Below, in pieces: positions 59,055-64,000 of a DNA stretch of 64,000 nucleotides (positions are counted from its first letter, which is position 1; every line of letters starts with the position of its first letter). Made by a program: the position numbers and the translations under genes. Below the pieces are notes generated by a model. The model was given only the letters and a program-made list of their open reading frames with translations. It did no database searches and was not told where the DNA came from. The stretch is taken from the NCBI GenBank assembly GCA_964003245.1, contig CAXFIU010000002.1:7177-71176 (forward strand), given 5' to 3'. This stretch comes from an uncultured Candidatus Poseidoniales archaeon. GTDB taxonomy: Archaea > Thermoplasmatota > Poseidoniia > Poseidoniales > Thalassarchaeaceae.

Positions 59055-59969
59055 TCAAGGATTTCCTAAACCACTAACTACAGCTACTAATCTAATACGT
59101 CCAATCATTTCATCACTAGATCGAGCACCAAGAAGAACTTGGCAATCAGAATCTAGCAATGAAACAAATTCTTCTGTGACTTTATTCAGATGATAAATAG
59201 TCATATCAGGCCCACCTTCAACTTGAATCCAGCAACCTTTGGCGCCATCTACTTCAAGATTAGAAAGAGGAGACTGGAGAGCATTTTTCACTATTTCTGA
59301 TAATGAATTTGTAGAACCAGAACCGACAAGAATAGTGGCTTCGCCCGAATGTTCTACAATGGTTTTGAAATCCATCAAATCGAGATTTATTTTGCCTACC
59401 TTGGCAAGTGTTGAGAGTAGCCCCTCAACCAATTCTTCTATCCAACCTGCACCTTTTTTCCAGTCAAGTTTTCTTTCCTTAGATTGCCAAGACAATCTCT
59501 CAAGACTAACTTTTATACACACATTAGAATTATTATATAATTCGGGAAAATATTCTTCGGCTAATTGGTACCTAATTGGCTGTTCCGCGAAAGGGAAACC
59601 CACTATTGAAACGACCATACACCCTGACTCTCTAGCCAGTCTGGCAAATTCTGATGCTGCACCAGAGCCAACCCCTCCACCTAAACAAGTCAAAACCACT
59701 ACGAGTTCGGCTTTATCTAGCAAAGGCTGTATTTCTTTGACTCCTTCATTTAACCTATGTTTGGCTAACATTGGTAACGCTGCTGCACCTCTTGCTTCCC
59801 CTGAGGCATCGAGATGTAAGCAATGTGCTTCTGGACTTCCATTGAATGTATTTTCGTCAGCATCAATTAGTAAAAGATCGGAAAATCTAGAACATCGTAA
59901 ATGTGATCTTTCGGCCCAAAGAGAACCCAAACCCCCTACGCCAACAATTAACAGAGCGCCTTGATCCAT
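59055..59969 (-). CDS. Divergent, short FtsZ/tubulin-superfamily GTPase
   Basis: LLIVGVGGLGS (FtsZ VIGVGGGG-like) and LTCLGGGVGSGAASEFARLARESGCMVVSIVGFPFAEQ (the GGGTG[ST]G tubulin/FtsZ signature region). Only 304 aa. Confidence 0.5.
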   Translation of the reverse strand: MDQGALLIVGVGGLGSLWAERSHLRCSRFSDLLLIDADENTFNGSPEAHCLHLDASGEARGAAALPMLAKHRLNEGVKEIQPLLDKAELVVVLTCLGGGVGSGAASEFARLARESGCMVVSIVGFPFAEQPIRYQLAEEYFPELYNNSNVCIKVSLERLSWQSKERKLDWKKGAGWIEELVEGLLSTLAKVGKINLDLMDFKTIVEHSGEATILVGSGSTNSLSEIVKNALQSPLSNLEVDGAKGCWIQVEGGPDMTIYHLNKVTEEFVSLLDSDCQVLLGARSSDEMIGRIRLVAVVSGLGNP

Positions 59970-60004
59970 AGTATTCAGAACGATAACTAGTGTTTAGACA
60001 TACT

Positions 60005-60310
60005 TCAATCATAAGACAAATATCGACTATATTTACGCCTTTCATCTCTTGCCCATGCATTATCTGGCTCAATATCTAAAACTAAATTATAGAATTTTAT
60101 TGCATTCTCAAAATCGGATAAATGTCTGCCATACATATGCGCTAGTACGTTCAATACTGGTACACAATTAGGATCTTCTCTATTCATTTCCAAAAGAAGA
60201 TTTTCAGCTTTAGTCAAATCCATCATTTCTATCAAATCTTCAGCTTTGTCAAGATTAGTCAATTGTTCATCTGAAAGATCATAAATATTCTCCCAAGAGT
60301 GTTTAGTCAT
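60005..60310 (-). CDS. Small TPR-repeat protein
   Basis: LNVLAHMYGRHLSDFENAIKFYNLVLDIEPDNAWA is a TPR-like helical repeat. Confidence 0.35.
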   Translation of the reverse strand: MTKHSWENIYDLSDEQLTNLDKAEDLIEMMDLTKAENLLLEMNREDPNCVPVLNVLAHMYGRHLSDFENAIKFYNLVLDIEPDNAWARDERRKYSRYLSYD

Positions 60311-60457
60311 ATGTATCTCGGAGCACTACTTTTGGTTTGAGTGTTGTTAATGTTTGATAGTCAAAAATCAATATTAAATCGTGCTACTAAGAAGGCATCA
60401 AACTGGAAGGTTAATATCCCTCATTCAGGTGGCGAGGCATGTCCATAGGTGTGAGAT

Positions 60458-61270
60458 ATGAACAACATCAATCGCGTTAGCCGTCGGACCTTGGTTTTAG
60501 TAGTATTAGCGCTATTTTTAGCAACTACAACTCAAGCGTACCATACAGGTATAGGAGGAGATTCTGATGGTGAAGGTGATGTTGCACTTGCGGGTTGTAC
60601 ATGCCATGCAGAAGAGCCAGATAATTCTGTCACTGTAGTACTAAATGATGTCCCATTCCATTATGAAGCTGGGAAGTCTTACGCTATGACTCTTCAACTA
60701 ATTGGAGGAGCAGAAATAGGCGGAGCACAAACAGGAGGTTTTTCAATGAGAGTAACTCAAGGAATTCTTTCAGCAGGGATTGGTTCTGAAACACACGTAG
60801 AAAATTGGGAAGATGAAGAAAACACTTTGACCCATACAGATTCTGGATCTAAGACAGAAGATAGGACTTGGCATTTGATTTGGACCGCCCCCGAATCAGG
60901 AAGTGGCCCCGTAAATTTCTGGATTGCTGGAAATACTGTTAATGGCGATGCAATTCCTTCAGCTTTAGACAGATGGAATAGACTTACCGTAACATTGGAT
61001 GAAGGAGCAGATAATGGCAAGACTCGAATGTTATTCTCAGGGAACGGAGAGATTGAACCTCCTGCACCTAAGGAAACTCATGTGGATTTGCACCACATGG
61101 GTGCAGCACTTAGAGCGCATTGGCTTGGACTTCTAGGATTCTTTGCCGTAATTATAGTAATCATCTTCTGCGGATTCTTCTTGAGATATGGGTTCTCACG
61201 AAACTACAAAGGTAGATCGAATCTGCTAAGGCTAAGAATCAAGCATGAAAGGAGGGGTGATCAAATATGA
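60458..61270 (+). CDS. Secreted CxCH-motif protein with C-terminal TM anchor (paralog of 14672..15736), first gene of the Rieske/cytochrome b cluster
   Basis: Signal peptide. AGCTCHAEE and VNFWIAGNTVNGDAIP are shared with ORF 14672. C-terminal TM LGLLGFFAVIIVIIFCGFFL. Confidence 0.45.
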   Translation: MNNINRVSRRTLVLVVLALFLATTTQAYHTGIGGDSDGEGDVALAGCTCHAEEPDNSVTVVLNDVPFHYEAGKSYAMTLQLIGGAEIGGAQTGGFSMRVTQGILSAGIGSETHVENWEDEENTLTHTDSGSKTEDRTWHLIWTAPESGSGPVNFWIAGNTVNGDAIPSALDRWNRLTVTLDEGADNGKTRMLFSGNGEIEPPAPKETHVDLHHMGAALRAHWLGLLGFFAVIIVIIFCGFFLRYGFSRNYKGRSNLLRLRIKHERRGDQI

Positions 61271-61716
61271 GAGAAGATGTAGTGCTAGAATTGCTTAAGC
61301 AAGTCAAGTCAGGAAAAGTCTCTATAGAAGATGCACGTACAGCATTAGATGGCATTGAACTTTCAGAAGAGACTTATATTTCAGCAGTAGACCATGGTGT
61401 TTTCAATGAACCAACCCCTGGAACTATAGTAAGGTCTAGTATTTCACCAGCTGGCGATTCGATTATCATCTTACTTCTAGGAATATGGGGTCTAGTGTGG
61501 ACGCTTTTTTGGGCCGGTTCCCTAAGTTACGGATTATACAACCACTGGGATCAACAATTGTTATCCTTGTTTTTAGCAATGACATTGACCACACTAATAA
61601 TCATGGGAATAGTCTACCTAAGATTTGTAATGCCGGATTTAGTAATTATAAAACATAGAAGAAATAAATATATTACTCCAAATGATTCAGAAGGATGGAA
61701 AAAATACGAGGTGTGA
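61267..61716 (+). CDS. Small membrane protein (soluble N-terminal helix-hairpin domain + 3 TM), hypothetical
   Basis: Translationally coupled between the CxCH protein and the Rieske gene. No recognisable motif. Confidence 0.35.
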   Translation: MREDVVLELLKQVKSGKVSIEDARTALDGIELSEETYISAVDHGVFNEPTPGTIVRSSISPAGDSIIILLLGIWGLVWTLFWAGSLSYGLYNHWDQQLLSLFLAMTLTTLIIMGIVYLRFVMPDLVIIKHRRNKYITPNDSEGWKKYEV

Positions 61717-62564
61717 TTATGAGTAGAAAATTTAGATTACGCCCCTTATCAGGATATGATGTTCCCACTAAAGAAGAATCTAAATTAATTGACAGGAGAG
61801 AATTTCTTAGGTATTCATTTAATACAGCAGCAGGAGGGATCACCTTGGCAAGTCTTGGAAGCATAGGTTTTGCATCATTATTAATGGGGCAAGCAGATGC
61901 AGGAGGAGGAGATACTGCTGTCAGATTTTGGGTCCCTACAGGTGCGGAAGATACTGTATGGTATGGAGACAGTCACCTTGAAGCCATGAGTTACGATGCT
62001 TTCGTACAAGCAGCAGCGAGCAGCAACACAGGAATGGCTGGGGCGCAAGGAGTTTGGTCAGGCATGCCTGTGAACGTAGTATATGTCCCACACGAAGAGA
62101 ATAAAAATTCGGCAGCGGCATCAAACAAACCGAGATTCCAATATCTAGACGGCTATAGTTCTGGAGGGAAATATATCGGTTCGGGATATGAAGTGGATGA
62201 AAAAGCAGAATATTCTTCGCTGTCAATTCATGATAATCTGATTATTGTATTCTCTAGATGTCCGCACCTATGTTGCATCCCTGGGTGGCAACTAGTAGCA
62301 AACGATTACACTAACGATAGTTGGGAGGCAGGTGGCACTGAATCAGGAGGGAATAAACTATTCTGCATTTGTCATTCTAGCAGATTTGACCCTACTGCCA
62401 TAGAGAAAAATAGTATGGGTAGAGGGACACCTTTCAATTACATAGGGATAAGAAAAGTAGGAGGCCCGTCCCCAAACGGAATGCCATTAATACCATTCGT
62501 TCTAAATGGAGATATGATTGAAGCATTACCAGACTTTGTAGACTGGTATGCATATTGCGCGTGA
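61695..62564 (+). CDS. Rieske [2Fe-2S] iron-sulfur protein with Tat signal
   Basis: Twin-arginine motif DRREFLRYS followed by a TM. Rieske boxes CPHLCC and CICHSSRFD. Confidence 0.8.
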   Translation: MEKIRGVIMSRKFRLRPLSGYDVPTKEESKLIDRREFLRYSFNTAAGGITLASLGSIGFASLLMGQADAGGGDTAVRFWVPTGAEDTVWYGDSHLEAMSYDAFVQAAASSNTGMAGAQGVWSGMPVNVVYVPHEENKNSAAASNKPRFQYLDGYSSGGKYIGSGYEVDEKAEYSSLSIHDNLIIVFSRCPHLCCIPGWQLVANDYTNDSWEAGGTESGGNKLFCICHSSRFDPTAIEKNSMGRGTPFNYIGIRKVGGPSPNGMPLIPFVLNGDMIEALPDFVDWYAYCA

Positions 62565-63441
62565 GGTAAAAAATATGATACAATTCTGGTTTTTGTGGTT
62601 TTTTATAGCAATAGTAGTCGTCCTAGTGGCCTTTACTCTCCGTAAAGAAAGAGACGATATGCCTAGGAAAGATATTCTTAGAGCAGTGGAAACTAATGCC
62701 TCAGGTATGGGTCTAGCTGAAAAAGCGTTTTTATGGGCCTTTTCTTGGTTAGACACGAGATTCAGAATCCAAGATTACTGGGGAATGAGTAAAAATGCTT
62801 ACCACAGCATGCACAGACAAATGCCATTAACTCATGCTGAAAAATATAAATTGAGGATTATCTGGTATTGGTATCCTCTTTACTGCCTAGGAGGGATTTC
62901 ATTCCTTGCATTTGTAATATTAGTAATTACAGGGACCGTTCTTGGCCTATACTATGTCCCAGGAGGTGAAGGAGATCCTACGCCAGCATACTCATCAATG
63001 GAATTCATCATGACTCAGTTACCATTTGGTTATATCATCAGATCAATTCATCATTGGACAACTCATTTTATGGTTGCTGCAGTTTTCTTACACATGTGTA
63101 GAGTATACTTTACTGGAGCTTATAGGAATCCTAGAGAACTAAATTGGCTAATTGGTGTGGCACTAATGTTCTTCACGATTTTCTTTGGATATTCAGGCTA
63201 CCTATTACCATGGGATAGTTTAGCATTTGGAGCTGCTACAATCGGGATAAATATGGCTACATCGACTCCACTCATCGGAGGATGGGTTGCTAAGGCATTA
63301 TTTGCAGGGACATCATTATCAGGCCAAACCGTAACAAGAATGTATTTCCTCCATGTATTTATCTTACCAGTAATCGTAACTACTCTAATTATTGCCCATC
63401 TGTTTATTGTCTGGGTTCAAGGAATTGCAGAGCCACATTAG
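62548..63441 (+). CDS. Cytochrome b, N-terminal (b6-like, heme-binding) subunit
   Basis: RSIHHWTTHFMVAAVFLHMCRVYFTGAY...ELNWLIGVALMFFTIFFGYSGYLLPWDSLAFGA holds the conserved heme His pairs and the PW region of cytochrome b/b6. Confidence 0.85.
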   Translation: MHIAREVKNMIQFWFLWFFIAIVVVLVAFTLRKERDDMPRKDILRAVETNASGMGLAEKAFLWAFSWLDTRFRIQDYWGMSKNAYHSMHRQMPLTHAEKYKLRIIWYWYPLYCLGGISFLAFVILVITGTVLGLYYVPGGEGDPTPAYSSMEFIMTQLPFGYIIRSIHHWTTHFMVAAVFLHMCRVYFTGAYRNPRELNWLIGVALMFFTIFFGYSGYLLPWDSLAFGAATIGINMATSTPLIGGWVAKALFAGTSLSGQTVTRMYFLHVFILPVIVTTLIIAHLFIVWVQGIAEPH

Positions 63442-63453
63442 GAGATTTTTTGA

Positions 63454-64000
63454 ATGGGAATAATAGAAAGATTTGGTAGAATCGCAGACGTTTATGTCAG
63501 CGAAAGAGACAATCTAGTCGAAGGTGATCAAGAAAGAAGGAGGCCACACATGGGTCACCCTTTTTGGCCATCCGAAGTACTTAGAGATACCATTATTTTC
63601 GCTTCAATGATTGCAACGCTAGCCTACTATTGTTGGTTAATCCCACCACCACTTCACAGCGCGGCAGACCCTTTTGCTCAAGCCGGCTTCGTTTTCCCAG
63701 ACTGGTATGTATTATTTTCTTATGGATATTTGAGATGGGGAGAGTATCTTCCATCTTACACTATACCTGCTGGTCCAATTGGAGCATTTTTTGGTGCAGA
63801 ATACATATTTTGGAACGCTGCATGGTGGGGCGCTGCAATTACAGGAATACCTGTAGGGATCCTTGCATTACCTCCATTCTTACCTGGAAGAGAGAAAAGA
63901 GGCGTAGAAGACCCTTGGTTTGCAACGGCAGGTGCAGTATATCTTGCTCACGTATGGTTTATTTCCGTATTTTCGATTAATATATTCTTAGAACTATATG
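63454..64000 (+). CDS. Cytochrome b C-terminal domain / subunit IV-like (split cytochrome b), continues past window end
   Basis: Manual translation from the ATG at 63454 gives MGIIERFGRIADVYVSERD...HMGHPFWPSEVLRDTIIF...FPDWYVLFSYGYLRWGEY... The PEWY-like PDWY motif of the cytochrome b C-terminal half is present. Absent from the ORF track because no stop falls inside the window. Confidence 0.75.
   Translation, partial: MGIIERFGRIADVYVSERDNLVEGDQERRRPHMGHPFWPSEVLRDTIIFASMIATLAYYCWLIPPPLHSAADPFAQAGFVFPDWYVLFSYGYLRWGEYLPSYTIPAGPIGAFFGAEYIFWNAAWWGAAITGIPVGILALPPFLPGREKRGVEDPWFATAGAVYLAHVWFISVFSINIFLELY

Noticed and set aside
63630-63980. 116-aa ORF (MLVNPTTTSQRGRPFCSS...)
   Set aside because: Out of frame with, and overlapping, the cytochrome b C-terminal-domain gene starting at 63454. 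That gene has strong family motifs (PFWP, PDWY).
1-64000. Search for CRISPR arrays, transposases, integrases and phage-like genes
   Set aside because: No direct-repeat/spacer periodicity, no DDE/tyrosine-recombinase motifs and no obvious toxin-antitoxin or restriction-modification genes were seen. The window looks like core chromosome rather than a mobile or defense island.

Overview
AT-rich, gene-dense chromosomal segment that looks archaeal. Archaeal hallmarks: a split RNA polymerase A'/A'' with a fused B subunit and RpoH in the canonical rpoH-rpoB-rpoA'-rpoA''-L30e operon; ribosomal protein S3Ae; aCPSF1 (KH domains plus beta-CASP); proteasome beta subunit; tRNA-splicing endonuclease; RNase P Pop5; geranylgeranyl reductase; SepF; and a leaderless-style compact operon layout. 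Many bacterial-type genes are mixed in: thyA-folA, a PlsC acyltransferase, pntAA-pntAB-pntB, a 7Fe ferredoxin and a small topoisomerase IA. This mosaic and the fused rpoB are most consistent with a Thermoplasmatota-like (Marine Group II/III-like) archaeon, but that is inference only. One tRNA-Pro(UGG) is present. No CRISPR array, transposase, integrase or obvious defense island was seen. Unusual features fall into five groups. (1) Core information-processing proteins carry accessory domains: homologous HhH-like N-terminal extensions on RpoH and RpoA'', a zinc-ribbon insertion in RpoA', a SAP tail on S3Ae, and triple helical repeats on the Topo IA C-terminus. (2) A single ORF fuses a HemK-like methyltransferase to a BirA-like biotin ligase. 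(3) A divergent truncated FtsZ/tubulin homolog occurs in the same window as SepF. (4) A paralogous pair of secreted CxCH-motif proteins is present, one directly upstream of a Tat-Rieske / split cytochrome b operon, with TatC also in the window. (5) A local cluster combines four paralogous coiled-coil proteins, a DtxR-family regulator, a polytopic membrane protein and a surface protein whose cytoplasmic tail holds two zinc ribbons; this cluster is the best candidate for an undescribed system. All protein calls come from motif recognition in the supplied translations; no database search was run.
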